64,000 bases of DNA, taken from assembly GCF_001194135.2 (NCBI RefSeq), contig NC_068984.1, forward strand, positions 16,746,757 to 16,810,756. Reading direction: 5' to 3'. This DNA comes from Octopus bimaculoides. Its lineage: Eukaryota. The translations under genes and the position numbers were made by a program. Numbering within the stretch: position 1 is the first letter of the stretch; every line of letters begins with the position of its first letter. Below are positions 37,891-51,769 of the stretch, in pieces. Below the pieces are notes generated by a model. That model was not told the DNA's origin. It did not search any database and saw only the letters and a program-made list of their open reading frames with translations.

Positions 37891-40800
37891 GTAAGTTTAA
37901 TATTCTTTTATCAAATTCGGTTACATGTTATAACTTCTATTTCTGCTCTATTCAATTATAATGTATCATTAATATACTCAATATATCATTTAACATATTG
38001 TATAATATACCATATATCATTAATAAGCAATATACCATATAAAATACCACAAATGTACCATATACTTAGGAATGATATACACACTATTCAAGTCCACTTT
38101 CTTGGATTTGCCCTTCTTAATATTATAAATCATAGCTAAAATTAAAAAGGACCACTTAATGATCTGGGTGTGTGTATAGTTTGGTAATAATAAGCAGATT
38201 CCAAGGTAGAGTAATTGTGGATAATTACTTTACATTGCAAAGCAGACAAGCTTGAATTAAATAAAACTGACCTATCAATAAAAAGTACATATTCTCCCTG
38301 CAGCTGAAGTTACTGTTGTAATATAAACTCATCGTCTATGTTTGTCAACTAGAGCTATGCTATTCTGAGCAATCAGTGTTGGATTGGGACTTAGATTTTA
38401 TTAAATCTATTAAGTAGCTATCGTATTAGCAAATTATAGCACCAATTAAATTCCGTGCTTTGAAAACACTTAGAGATTCTCAGCTCTCATAAATACCAAA
38501 GAGCTATCATCACACAAACACCCTTTCTTTTCTTTATGTGAATTATTAATAACCTTATTCAATCCTTCTCAGAAGACATAACCATACTTTGTTTAAATCC
38601 TGTCTTGTCTTCTGTTAATATCAAAAACACCTAACAGCTATCTATGTTTTCCCCATCAACAATGATCTCCCATATATCCTCTCACAGAATATGACAATTT
38701 AATGATATTTAGCAATATGCGGTGTTGAGTCAATCTCTTATTTCTCATGAATATTAATCAGTTTAAAGGTTTCCATTCACAAGATTCCTGTATTAACTAT
38801 CTGAGATCTATCTTATGTTCTCAACCATACCGAAATTGCATAAGCAACACTTTATATTCTCTTGAGAGCTAAAATATATTTCATCTTTAGTCATTATTTT
38901 CTCTCTTCAAAGCTTAAATATATTTAAAATGTTCATCCTCTTTAATCATTTAAATATTAAGAAGACATTTTAAAAAGATGTATTTGCATTATTAATAAGG
39001 TTTGCTGAAAATGTTTGCTTGCTAACATTACAGATATCTTGTTTCTATTTCAAGAGAAAAATCAACAAACCACACACTAACTCCCCACCAACCCACTTGT
39101 TTTTTATTATTTATTACCCACGCTCTATTCTCCTTCCTAAAGACTTTCTGGAAGTATAAATGCAGTCCATTATTCCACTAAACTTGTCAAATTCCATCCT
39201 TGTCCATGTGTTTCTAAACCAACTTTCAAAATTTCAAAATTTCACATTAATTGCATCAGTCTTGCATGTTTTAGTATATTTTGGTGGACTTAGACAGTGA
39301 GCTGACAGAATCATTAGCACACCAGGCAAAACGCTTTGCAGCATTTCATATCTTTACATTCTGGGTTCGAATTCTGCCAAGGTCAATCCATTCACATTAT
39401 TTTACCTTGTGGATATGCCTTTACACTTTGTCACTAACATCTTTATTTCTCTTGTCAGAGCCATCCCAAGTACTCCTACACACTCTTATCTAATATGAAG
39501 TAGCTATGTATCCCCTCCACAGCAACAAACCTGTTCTTGTTGCTTTTATCTTACTTTAATATCTTAACACCTAGCATAAAGCTTCCTCTCTTTGTCTACT
39601 ATTTTGCCCCCCACCCCATCCCCCACTTTGTCGAGGGTGCTTTTTAGTCTTGAAAGTTACATGGCGACCTCACTGTGCTAGGGTCACAAAAAAGGCACCC
39701 GGGACACTCTGTAAAGTGGTTGACATTATGAAAGGAATCCAATCATAGAAACCATACCAAAGCAGACATAGGCACATGAGGCAATCCTTAAAACTGTTAG
39801 ATCATGTCAAACCACCCAACCCATGCCAACATGGAAGACACATAGATGATGATGATGATGATGATGACGGTCCCCATGGACAGAATTGATTAAAATAATA
39901 AACACTTACCATTGTGATAAATGAAGGTAATGGCTAAAAGAAATCTCAATTCAAAGAAAGCAAATTTGAACTCTCAAACATTCCAAAGCTGATTTTAAAA
40001 TGTTCCATAGCAACAGCTAAAGCTATTTAACAACTCTTGCTATCGCATTTATATAACCTAATCTGGAATAGCAGCTGTATTGCAGATCAATAGTAGAAGT
40101 TGAACAGACCCATAATTCATTAGATTCCATGTGGAAATTATTATCTCTGCTTTGGGAAAAATGTAAAAATCTCACCTCTATATGTTAAAATAGTGAAGGT
40201 CATATTCATCCAGACATCTTAATGACCAAACTCGATATTGTAAACTTAATTACAGCAGTTTTTCTAGCAACTGTTGATGAACAGTTACACAACAGAAATA
40301 ATTTTTTTATATAATTCCTCAAATAACGTTTTCATCATGAAGTAAATTTGATGCTATTCTCTGTACAAGAAGTATGTATTTCAAAGTGGAAAACCAGAAA
40401 ACTTCATAGAACTAAGTGCTGAAGGCAAAGAATGTCTTTTTCATCATTCGTTGTGTGGTGTATGCATGCGAGTAGATGTAATCGCCTTACCTCGGTTTTC
40501 CTTTCGTCGACTGCGAGTCTGTCTTGCAGTATCCAATCCTTGAAGCTTGCCCCGACCCAAAGAACACTAGGAATAGCAGCTGCTTCTCCCAAGCCTAGAC
40601 CGTCGCTTAGCACGTCTTCTCCTGACCACAACCCCGTTCGAAAAGGGCATGAATCCCGATCGAGGCTCCCTCTGCCCTTCTTCCTCTTCCGGTCAACTCG
40701 CCCTTCTGGTCAGCCTCCCCAGTCACTGACGTCATACCACACGTTGAAAGTTCATGACCAGCTTTATTATGCTCAAGCTGTTTTCAGAAGCGAGTGCCTA

Positions 40801-41575
40801 GCATCAAGTACTCTTACCATCTCTCCACTCATTGATGAGCCATGAAGGAAAGACAAGTCATTATGTTCACAGCATCCATGAATCCACAGGGGGTGCCAGA
40901 TATTGGTTAAGTATAACCATACATATCTGCTTTAGGGTCTCTCCTACAGGATTTTCTGTAGGGGTTTACTCACTTAACCTTCTTTTAAATGCTCAATAAA
41001 TAACACCACAAGGCAGCAGAGGTTTGAATTAGGAATTATCCTCATCCTAGACAGATGTCCCTGGAGAGGTGTAATGGGCCATATCTACTTGTGTGTGTGT
41101 GTGTGTTTTCAGCAGATGACAAATGGTAATATCCTTAATGCTTTAAAGGGCCTCTGAAACTGATAAGTTATTCACAGACTGGAAACTTGGTCCAAATACT
41201 TAGACCAGAATCAAAACCATGGAGACATCCAAGAGCAGGCATGATATCTCCAATAATCTTCCACACAGTTTAGTTCTAATTTAGGAAATTTGACTCACAA
41301 CATTGGACTGACTCCTGTGCAGGTGGCACATAAGAAACACCATTTGAGTGTGGCCGTTGCCATTACTGCCGGACTGGCCCTCGTGCTGGTGGCACGTAAA
41401 AAGCACCCACTACACTCTCTGAGTGGTTGGCATTAGGAAGGGCATCCAGCTGTAGAAGCTCTGCCAGATCAGATTTGAGTCTGGTGTAGCCATCTGGTTC
41501 GCCAGTCCCCAGTCAAATCATCTAATCCATGCTAGCATGGAGGGCGGACGTTAAATGATGATGATGGATTTGGCC

Positions 41576-42184
41576 AATGGGTGTTCAAACTGGAAAATGT
41601 TCTGGATACATAATATCAGAAAAGAAAATTGGATGGTAGAAGATACTTTCCTAAGGTGGTATGCAGTTGGGAATCAAACTTAGTACCACTTAACTGAAAA
41701 GCGAATTTAACTATGCTTGAACCCAAGGTGTATTATTACAACCTGAACATAGATAGCACTGCAATGCTTTTTTATAGATAATACTCTATGTAGTTTGTTT
41801 TATCTCAAGAGAGTCATTATGCCAATAATAAATACACACTGGTTCTATTTCAATTCTGTTATTATTTGTCAATTTGTTAACATTTAACAAACAAACTAAT
41901 CAATTGTTTGATTAATCAATCAATCAGACAGGTTTATCACAGTCCTCCTGTCACCATCTGTGACCTCATCAATGAGATATTCTCTCAACTCCAAGTAGCT
42001 GTCTGTCTAAGTGTATTACAGCATGTCTATTTTTTACACTGGAGAGGAAGCATAACAACCAGAATTGTTTATCTTCAGCTCATTCTTGTTTTATGTAACT
42101 TACCAAAGACTTTTCAGTCTAGCCCATCCAATTTTCTTTTCTGATATTATGTATCCAGAACATTTTCCAGTTTGAACACCCATT
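41576..42184. repeat. Perfect 61-bp inverted repeat, 487-bp spacer
   Basis: 41576-41636 is the exact reverse complement of 42124-42184. Confidence 0.95.
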
Positions 42185-42701
42185 TTAAGACGATAGGATA
42201 TGATTTAGGGAATAACAGCTGCTGTTTCTAGCAGATTTAGAAACTGAGTATAATCAGTATTGGCTCAACCAGAATTATTTGATAAACTGGTTAAACTGGT
42301 TTATTTTCATTAGCATTAGTTTGTAATGCTAATAAAAATCTTATATGATTTTACTGCTTCTGGATTCTACCTCAAATATAATTAATAGTTCTCTTAAATT
42401 ATAAAATAGAATATTATCAAGTACTTGTGACATGAAACAAAAGCCAAATGCTCTGTCATTGACAATAGATCTTATAAATAAAAGAATTCTGACTTACATT
42501 TATCAAAAATTAAAATATGAACAGCTGCTTAAATCTTACAATATTACTATTCAGCAAGATTATTGTCTTGCAAAAATACATTACAACTGCTCTAATATAT
42601 TCTTTATTTAGTTCAATTATGTAACTGAAATCTCATCTCAGATTTGTGTGCATATGCATGTGCATATATGTATGTATGTATGTATGTATGTATATAGGTC
42701 C

Positions 42702-42740
<39 letters not shown>

Positions 42741-42749
42741 GTATGTATG

Positions 42750-42802
<53 letters not shown>

Positions 42803-44597
42803 AATATGTATATATATATATACTTATTTTGTTGTCATCTTTTGCTGAACTACTAAGTTACAGAGATGTAAACAAACCAACACTGGCTGTCTAGCAGTGG
42901 GGGAAGACAAACATACACACAATGGGCATCCACAGTTTCTGTCTACCAAAATTCACTCACAAGGCATTGGTCAACACCCAGGGCTATAGTAGAAAACACT
43001 TGTTGAAGTTGCTGCACAGTGGAGTTGAACCCAAAACCACATGCTAGCAAAGCAAGCTTATTAATCACACTGCCATGCCTATCTGTTTCATGGAGATGAT
43101 TATTTTTACGTTTGGCTCTTGGGGAAGGAACAATGCTGGTAGCCTTCATAGACCTTCTGAGATCAGTGAGATTGATGGCATTAATATTCCACTTAAACTA
43201 TTTCAAGTCTTCATCTACAAGAAAGACATGTATAGGAAGGTAGTTACAGTTAACCAATGTTCTGGAATGGAAGAAGTAGAAGTTATGGCTATTACAGGAC
43301 TAGTTGGGCTAGAAGCAACAAGAGTGATGACAGGAGGAGAGACATGCGAGAGGAGTCTGGGAGAAGATAGTACAAGGCCAGCCAGATCCAAGAAGCAGAG
43401 GCCATTATAGTAGTGGGAGAAAAGGCAGGACTAAGCAACAGGCTCTCAGTGGGTCAGAGACTGAGACATATTTTTGAGTGGCTTTATGCTTATCAATCAC
43501 GTGACTGTAACGAAGGAATATTTGATTGGTTGACAGAACTAAAATCTGTATGAAATTCAAATACAAAAATATTTGAGTCGTACAGTTTGCATGAAGCATT
43601 GCCTGGTATATACCTTCCATCTGCTTGTTTCAGTCATTAGACTGGGGCTCTAACTTGAAGAATTTTTTAGTCAAATGAACTGACCCCAGTACCTATTTTC
43701 TTTTTTAAGTCTGGTACTTATTCTATTGGTCTCTTTTGCCAAACTACTAAGTTATGGTGACATAAACACACCCACACTGGTTGTCAAGCAGTGGTGGTGG
43801 ACAAACACAGACACAAACATGCACACACACATAATGGGCTTTTTTCAGTTTCTTTCTACCAAATTCACTCACAAGGCTTAGGTTGTCCTGTGGCTATAGT
43901 AGAAGACACTTGCCCTAGGTGCCATGCAGTGGGACTGAACCCAGAACCAAATGTTTTTAATTATTATAGTTTTCTGTAAAGTCAAAATAATGCAAGTTAC
44001 AAGAAATAATATATGTCAATGATTTGTACATCCTGAAGACGGGGTTCTAACCCTGACATATTGCAGCAGCAAATTAAAGTACAAGCTATCGACTAGTATT
44101 ATTTCTAATAGCTTGCATTATTTTGGCTTTATAAAAAATAAATAATAAAAATATTTTCATAATTAACAATAAAGCTTTAGGTGTTTTTATTCAATAAACA
44201 CTCACAACACCCAGTCTGGGAATTGAAACAACAATCCTACGACCGCGAGTCCACTGCCCTAACCACTGGGCCATTGCACCTCCACACACATACACACACA
44301 CACACATCATCATCATCATCATTGTTTAACGTCCGCCTTCCATGCTAGCATGGGTTGGACGATTTGGCTGAGGACTGGTGAACCAGATGGCTGCACCAGG
44401 CTCCAATCTGATCTGGCAGAGTTTCTACAGCTGGATGCCCTTCCTAACGCCAACCACTCCAAGAGTGTAGTGGGTGCTTTTACGTGCCACCGGCACGAAG
44501 GCCAGTCAGGCAGTACTGGCAACGGCTACGCTCAAAATGGTTTTTTTTACATGCTGCCTGCACAGGAGCCAGTCCAGCGGCACTGGCAACGACCTCG

Positions 44598-45633
44598 CAT
44601 ATATGTTGGACACATAAGAGGTGCAGCAACATCAAAGGCAGGTTAACTAGCAAGTTAGTTTTTGTTTGTGGCAGATGTTCAGGTGCAATAAAGACTGCAA
44701 ACAAACAGGAAACAACTTCTATCTCATTCCAGGGTGAAAAACTAGAGGTAGTCGATAGCTTCCGCTATCTGGGCGACCAAGTTAGTAGTGGGGGTGGGTG
44801 CGCTGAAAGTGTAGCTGCTAGAATAAGAATAGCCTGGGCAAAGTTTAGAGAGCTCTTACCCCTGCTGGCGACAAAGGGACTCTCACTCAGAGTAAAAGGC
44901 AGACTGTATGACGCATGCGTACGAACAACCATGCTACATGGCAGTGAAANNNNNNNNNNNNNNNNNNNNNNNNNNNNNNNNNNNNNNNNNNNNNNNNNNN
45001 NNNNNNNNNNNNNNNNNNNNNNNNNNNNNNNNNNNNNNNNNNNNNNNNNNNNNNNNNNNNNNNNNNNNNNNNNNNNNNNNNNNNNNNNNNNNNNNNNNNN
45101 NNNNNNNNNNNNNNNNNNNNNNNNNNNNNNNNNNNNNNNNNNNNNNNNNNNNNNNNNNNNNNNNNNNNNNNNNNNNNNNNNNNNNNNNNNNNNNNNNNNN
45201 NNNNNNNNNNNNNNNNNNNNNNNNNNNNNNNNNNNNNNNNNNNNNNNNNNNNNNNNNNNNNNNNNNNNNNNNNNNNNNNNNNNNNNNNNNNNNNNNNNNN
45301 NNNNNNNNNNNNNNNNNNNNNNNNNNNNNNNNNNNNNNNNNNNNNNNNNNNNNNNNNNNNNNNNNNNNNNNNNNNNNNNNNNNNNNNNNNNNNNNNNNNN
45401 NNNNNNNNNNNNNNNNNNNNNNNNNNNNNNNNNNNNNNNGTGCGGGTGACACGTAAAAGCACCCACTACACTCTCTGAGTGGTTGGCGTTAGGAAGGGCA
45501 TCCAGCTGTAGAAACTCTGCCAAATCAGACTGGAGCCTGGTGTTGCCATCCGGTTTCACCAGTCCTCAGTCAAATCGTCCAACCCATGCTAGCATGGAAA
45601 GCGGACGTTAAACGATGATGATGATGATGATGA
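44598..45633 (+). mobile_element. Young 5'-truncated RTE-type LINE spanning a gap
   Basis: Open frame WTHKRCSNIKGRL...DSFRYLGDQVSSGGG...WAKFRELLPLL...TMLHGSE; 3'UTR ends ...GGACGTTAAAC(GAT)n. Confidence 0.9.
44950..45439. other. Assembly gap (N run) inside an RTE LINE copy
   Basis: LINE ORF on left, LINE 3'UTR on right. Confidence 1.
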
Positions 45634-45864
45634 TATATACATATGCGTCAGACATTTCCCATCTCTAAATGAAGAATTAAAATATTTTACTATAGTTTTG
45701 TACTTGCATGGCAAGACCAAACGATTTCTCTGCAGTTTTCTGAGGACTAATGCTAAACCAAATAATACCAGCTATATTTTCCTTGAATTTGAAATAAATT
45801 CTGTTTATGAAATCTATGATCAATAAAGATTTAATGAGCAATGTTTAACTTATCTTCTTTTTAG

Positions 45865-46033
45865 GTATGGATCTTCAGTTTTCTCTGGATATGGGAGTCA
45901 CATGGGAACTTTTTCAGACTGCCTGCACTCCTTCCGATATAGACTGTGCCAGCTATCATCAGAGCAGTCGATTTATGTCTGATATTTACCATGGATGGAA
46001 TAGAATTACATTGCCTGTCCCTTATTATGCAAA
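45865..46033 (+). CDS. RELN: Reelin exon 14 (repeat 6A)
   Basis: ctttttag acceptor, AA|gtaaga donor; MDLQFSLDMGVTW...CTPSDIDCASYH...GWNRITLPVPYYA. Confidence 0.94.
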
Positions 46034-46290
46034 GTAAGACAGCAATATCTTTTTAACATTTTTGTTTTGTTTTTTTTAACTTGTTTCAGCCATTGAACTG
46101 TTGCCAAGCTGGAGCACTGCCTTGAAATGTTTTAGTCAAACAGTGCTCTCTTTTTATTTCATGTCTGGTATTTATTCTATCAGTCTCTTTTGCTGAGCTG
46201 CTAAGTTACAAGGACATAAAAAAACAAAACCAGTTGTCAAGTGTAAACACAGGCTCAAAATGTACACACACTTATCTGATGGGCTTCCAC

Positions 46291-46477
46291 CATTAGCATA
46301 GCTAGTGGGGGGTGCCTTAGGGGCAGTTCGCCCTGGGCAGTTCACCCTGGGCAGCCCTTTCAGTGGGGCACCACTTTTGAGTCTGCTGTAGGGAATATGT
46401 GTTTTTTTTTTTGTGGTTTCAGGGGGTGGAAAACAGAAGGGCTGCCCTGGGTGGCACACACTCTAGCTATGCTAGTA
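46291..46477. mobile_element. hAT-like MITE nested in SINE-B, 8-bp TSD
   Basis: TIR tagcatagctag / ctagctatgcta; flanks gcttccac / gcttccat. Confidence 0.7.
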
Positions 46478-49012
46478 GCTTCCATACAATTTCTGTCCAC
46501 CAAATCCACTCACAAGGCATTGGTCACTCTGAGCCTACAGAAAACACTTGCCCAAGGTGTCATATAGTGGAACTGAACCTGAAATCACTTAGGTGCAGAG
46601 TGAGCTTCTTAACCACACAGCAATGTTTTCAAAAGAAAAGAACACTAATTTCAGAAATTATAACAAAACACATGAAGTATTAGATTAAATTGAATTTTGT
46701 ATGTATAAATTTTAAAATATATTTCAATTTTCACATTGGTAAAACTTGACATTTTCAATTCTCTGTCATCATTTGCTTCTCTGTTCAGTACAAAAAACTT
46801 ATTTTTCAGACTAGTCATACCTTGAACTCAGTACAGGTTATAGAGCATATTCTTTTCTCATTTAATGGGATCCTTCTGGCAACAATAGAATGTTAGTGTC
46901 TGAACAATCATATCATGCTAGAAACTCTGAGTAGCTATTGATTGTGTCACCAGCTTTGTGCAAATATATTTACTCTATCTACTTTTCTATATATTACTCT
47001 ATCTATGTCCCTCTTGAAAACATCTTTTTTCTTTCTTTTCCTCTTACTGATCTTGGTGTTATTTCTATTAAATAATTTGTTATACATATGACTAGGTGGG
47101 AATGATTTATTAATTTGTGTTTAGAGGTTGCTGGAAATACTTGATCTTATTTAAGCTAAAGTAATGGATGAACCAAATTATATTCTATTTTCTACATATT
47201 ATATTCTGTTTTCAGCAATTACTGCTCTTTCTTAAGAAATTGATCTCATCTTTATATTTGCATTTACTTAATGTCCCATAATAATAACTGACAGTTTTAT
47301 CAAATGTTAAATTATCTGTTTAAATGTTAAATATTCTTTTATTTATGTTACTGATTTACAAATATACCTGTAGGGTGGTTGAAATCTTTATCAGTATACA
47401 TAAGGTTTTCATTCAGTTTTCTGTAAAGTCAATGTCTATCTGCCAACAGGTAACATCTAAAAAGTTGACTGATATTAGTGGTTATTATGGTGTTGAGGCC
47501 AAGTTCATTCAAACGTGCTTATTGGGGCTATTTTAATCTTATCTAACTTTCAGCTAGTCTTGTGTGAAAATGCAAAACCATCATCCCTATATAAACCTGT
47601 TTTTTTAAGGTTTTAAATATACTTTTGAATATATCTAGAATATGTAATCCAATTGTGAAGACACATGGTTTAATGGTTAGAGTATTTGGCTCACAATCAT
47701 AAAGTTGTAGGTTCAATTCCTTGACTGAGTGGCACATTGTATTCTTGAGCAAGGCACTTCATTTTATATTGCTTTAGTTTACTCAGTTGTAAGGAGTACT
47801 CCTATCTGTCACATCCTAAATGTTCCACTGGATCAAGGATGAGGGGACTGAGAGGGTGTCTTATGTTTACATAAACACCTAAAACAAATAGTGAAAACAT
47901 GATACATGTTACCAAACCATACTCACTAGTGAATGACAGCTGGCTATGTTATCTAATCAAATCACATACCTTAGCTTCATCAAAGTTCTCCATCCTTACA
48001 TCAACAAAATAGGGCTTTTCTGACAAACAATTATATCTACATTATTGCTGTTGATAATGAATGTTTCTTGCCAAATCCCAGTCGTCTGTTGAAGAAAGGG
48101 TTGGAAATTGATGGATACAATTCAACAATGTCAAAATATGAGAACCTGAATTTACTATTAAACCAACCAACTATATTATTATTCTGGTTCCACAGTTGCC
48201 AGTTGATGATTTTTCAAATATTTTTGCAGATATTAAGTAAAATCTATTTTCTAACTACACTAAATTTGTTCTTTACCAAGAATATAACACTGCTCATGGG
48301 GTTAACTGTGAAATTATCTTTGTGGTCTTTGAAGGTGGTGTATTTTTACATTTGGTTAGACATTCTATCTTCTTATTACACTTCAGGCAAGTAACAAAGA
48401 TGTTTCAATATCATAGGTGCTACTATTGTTTGTGTAATGTCGTTTGTTGGAAGTCTGCTGTAGTTATCTATATCTAGTTTATATATAAGTTTAAAACTTT
48501 ATCAAAAAATGTGTATAATTAAAGATGTTGAATTGTCAAAAGCATTAGAATACAGTAGAATACAGTAAATAGAATGTCTCACTCTATACATTCTGGATCT
48601 CTACACTCTGATTTCAAATCTCACTGAGATCAACTTTGCATTTCATCTTTCAAGGGTCAATAAATAAAGTACTCTAGCAAGGGCAGTGGATTGGTAGAAA
48701 TCTTAGAAGCACCCATGCTGGTGTTGTGTAGAAAAGCACTTGTTCAGGGCCACATAAAAAGTGCCTGCGCTGGTTCCACATAAAAAGCACTCATGCCAAG
48801 GCCTCACAAAATGCACCGGTGTTGGTGCCATGTATAAAGTATCCATGCTGGTGCCACGTAAAAAGCACCCAGTACACTCTGTAAAGTGGTTGGCATTATG
48901 AAGGGCATAACATAACCATGCCAAAACAGACAATCGGAGCTTGAGTAGCTCTCTAACTGGCCAGCTCCTATCAATCCATCCAACTTGTCAGACCACCACC
49001 AGCATGGAGAAT

Positions 49013-49597
49013 CTTTTCTACTCTTGGCACAAGGCCCGAAATTTTGGGGGAGAGGTCAGTCAATTAGATCGACACCAGTATGAAACTGAGCTATGTCTCC
49101 AGCAGAACCTCCATCTGAAGTGGTTTAACAGAGTACCAAACACCGACCTGAGGGAAAGGGCCAACCAGGAGCCCATACATGTTCAGATTAGATGAAGGAA
49201 ATGGAGATGGATCGGATACACACTGCGGAAAGAACCCTCAAATGTGACACGACAAGCACTTGACTGGAACCCACAGGGGAAAAGGAAGCGAGGACACCCA
49301 AAGCAGACATGGAAGCGGAGCATTTTGGACAAGTTCAGGACCAACGGCCTGACGTGGGAAGGAGCCAAGAAACACGCCAATGACCACAAAAAGTGGAAAA
49401 TAACTGTTGAGGCCCTATTCTCCACAAGGGGCAAAAAGGATTAAGAGAGTATGCAACTAGTACTTACTTTACCGACCCTGAAAGGATGAAAGGCAAAGTC
49501 AACCTCAGCAGAATTTGAACTCAGAACGTAAAGACAGATAAAATACTGCTAAGTATTTCACCTGGTGTACTAACATTTCTGCCAGCTCACCGCCTTG
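49013..49597 (-). mobile_element. SINE-A (tail 3) interrupted by RTE fragment; 14-bp TSD
   Basis: ccagcatggagaat at 48999-49012 and 49598-49611; decayed tail-3 copy at 50695-50915+. Confidence 0.88.
49083..49447 (+). mobile_element. RTE LINE 3' fragment inserted in a SINE; 6-bp TSD agtatg
   Basis: WRWIGYTLRKEPSNVTRQALDWNPQGKRKRGHPKQTW; agtatg at 49077-49082 and 49448-49453. Confidence 0.85.
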
Positions 49598-50920
49598 CCA
49601 GCATGGAGAATGGACATTAAATGATGATATTAGAGCAAAGGACAAGATTCGTTGTGGTAATGGTTTTGGCTATTTGCATTTTGAATTCAAATTCTGCTAA
49701 TGGCCAGGCTATATCACCCAACAAAGGAAATATCCTGTTCAAACTGGCATTTGACCAGCTTTGGTAGGTAGGCCCACTACAAGCTTAGATCAAGCTGACA
49801 ATGTTATAATGAAACTTTCACCCAACAATAGATTGACCATGGCTGAATAGTACAACTAAGCACTGTGTATAAGAAGCTCATTATTATCAACATTTGACCT
49901 TTGGGTATCATAAGAAGAATCATTGAGACTTGGTCTCTGGTCTGAGAATAACTTCCTTCCTTCTTCATACTAGTCTTGGAGCCCCTCCAAATGGTCATGG
50001 TTGCTGCACTTCTTCCTGTGGGTAAATCATAAAAAATTAAAATATGTATTGTAATCTTATATGCTATTCAATCCATTGATATTATTGATTTCTAAGTTAG
50101 CCCAGAATTTTATGGGAAAAGGAGAGTAGCCATTATTGCTATGGCTACACATGTGGTACAAACGGTTATTTCCTGGCTATCAATTTATACAGTTCAAAAT
50201 GAATATTGATTTTTATTGATGAAAACTTTCTCCAATTAAATTATTTAATTATGCTAGATGTAATTAAGGTCAGGCTCACAGATATAAAGTATAACAATGC
50301 CAGTGTTTCTGGTAAAGTTCCATAAAGACTTTCTCAATTGACATAATAATAGGGAAATAGTTTTTCTCACATTTTCTATTCCACTTTGTTGTTCTATAAT
50401 TATTCTTTAATGATAGTTTTTGAATTGATAGTGAGAGGAACAAGATATTCAAATGCCAAAACTTGCTTTTTCAATCCATTAAACTTTCTTAACAACTTCA
50501 ACAAAAGCCAGTAAAATACATGTTGGAAAAATCTGAAATACGTAGCAAATAACAAATTTTATATTTGTCACTAAATTCATTCTGCTACACTATCATTATT
50601 ATTATTATTATTGTTATTTGTCCAACCCATGCCAGTATGGAAAATGGACGTTAAATGATGATGCTGATAATGATGACAACAATGATTTTCAGGACACTGA
50701 ACTGCTAGAATCGTTAGCAAGTCAGACAAATTGCCTTGTGACATTTCATCTACCTTTACATTCTGATTTCAAATGTCAACTTTGCCTTTCATCCTTTCAG
50801 GATCAATGAAATAACTATCAATCAAGCAATGGGATTGATGTAACTGTTTAGTCCCCCTTCCCCACAATTTCAGGCCCAATGCTTATCACAGAAAGAATTA
50901 TGATTATTATTATTATTATT

Positions 50921-51478
50921 GAGTGAGAGAGCACTGCATGCCATCAAAGTGACACTGGGGTAAAATATACGAAGCCCAGTACACCCATCATGACTACCCA
51001 TCTGATAAGAGTATACCAGGCACATGCATCACAACCTTATGTGTGCAACATAATGGTCTCATATCAAGATAAACAGCGCATGACCTTGCAGGTGAGGGCC
51101 CAGTTAGAATTTTCTTCATGTTGAGTAACCCATCCCACTCAAAAGGTCCTTGAATAAAGGTTGTTTGAGGATGTCGAACGAAATACCCATGTTTCCAAAG
51201 ATGAATTATCCAAACCCCAAAGAATTCCTCTCAACACATGGCTATGATGCTCCCCCACTACTTCTGCTCATGATCAGAGATGCACATATCGTCAGCCACC
51301 AAGGGACATGCTCAACTGGTTACGGTCGAACAACTGACAAGCAAATCTGTGGTTTTGAACAGAATATTTGCTGTAGCCCATCTTTTATACCAAGACAAAA
51401 CAATATACATGATAGCACCTCCAATCAGTTAAGATAAGAAGCCATGAGAACCACTGTCTGATGCCACATCAGGGCATT
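50921..51478 (-). repeat. Unclassified ~550-bp insertion bounded by (ATT)n on both sides
   Basis: GC-richer block with sharp edges in ATT microsatellite; no convincing ORF; repeat status inferred, single copy here. Confidence 0.5.
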
Positions 51479-51769
51479 TTATTATTATTATGATTAAGGG
51501 GGTAAATGACAACGAAGATGATGGTGATGATATATATATATATATATATATCATCATCATCATCATCATCATCATCATCGTTTAACGTCCGCTTTCCATG
51601 CTAGCATGGGTTGGACGATTTGACTGAGGACTGGTGAAACCGGATGGCAACACCAGGCTCCAATCTAATTTGGCAGAGTTTCTACAGCTGGATGCCCTTC
51701 CTAACGCCAACCACTCAGAGAGTGTAGTGGGTGCTTTTACGTGTCACCCGCACGAAAACGGCCACGCTC

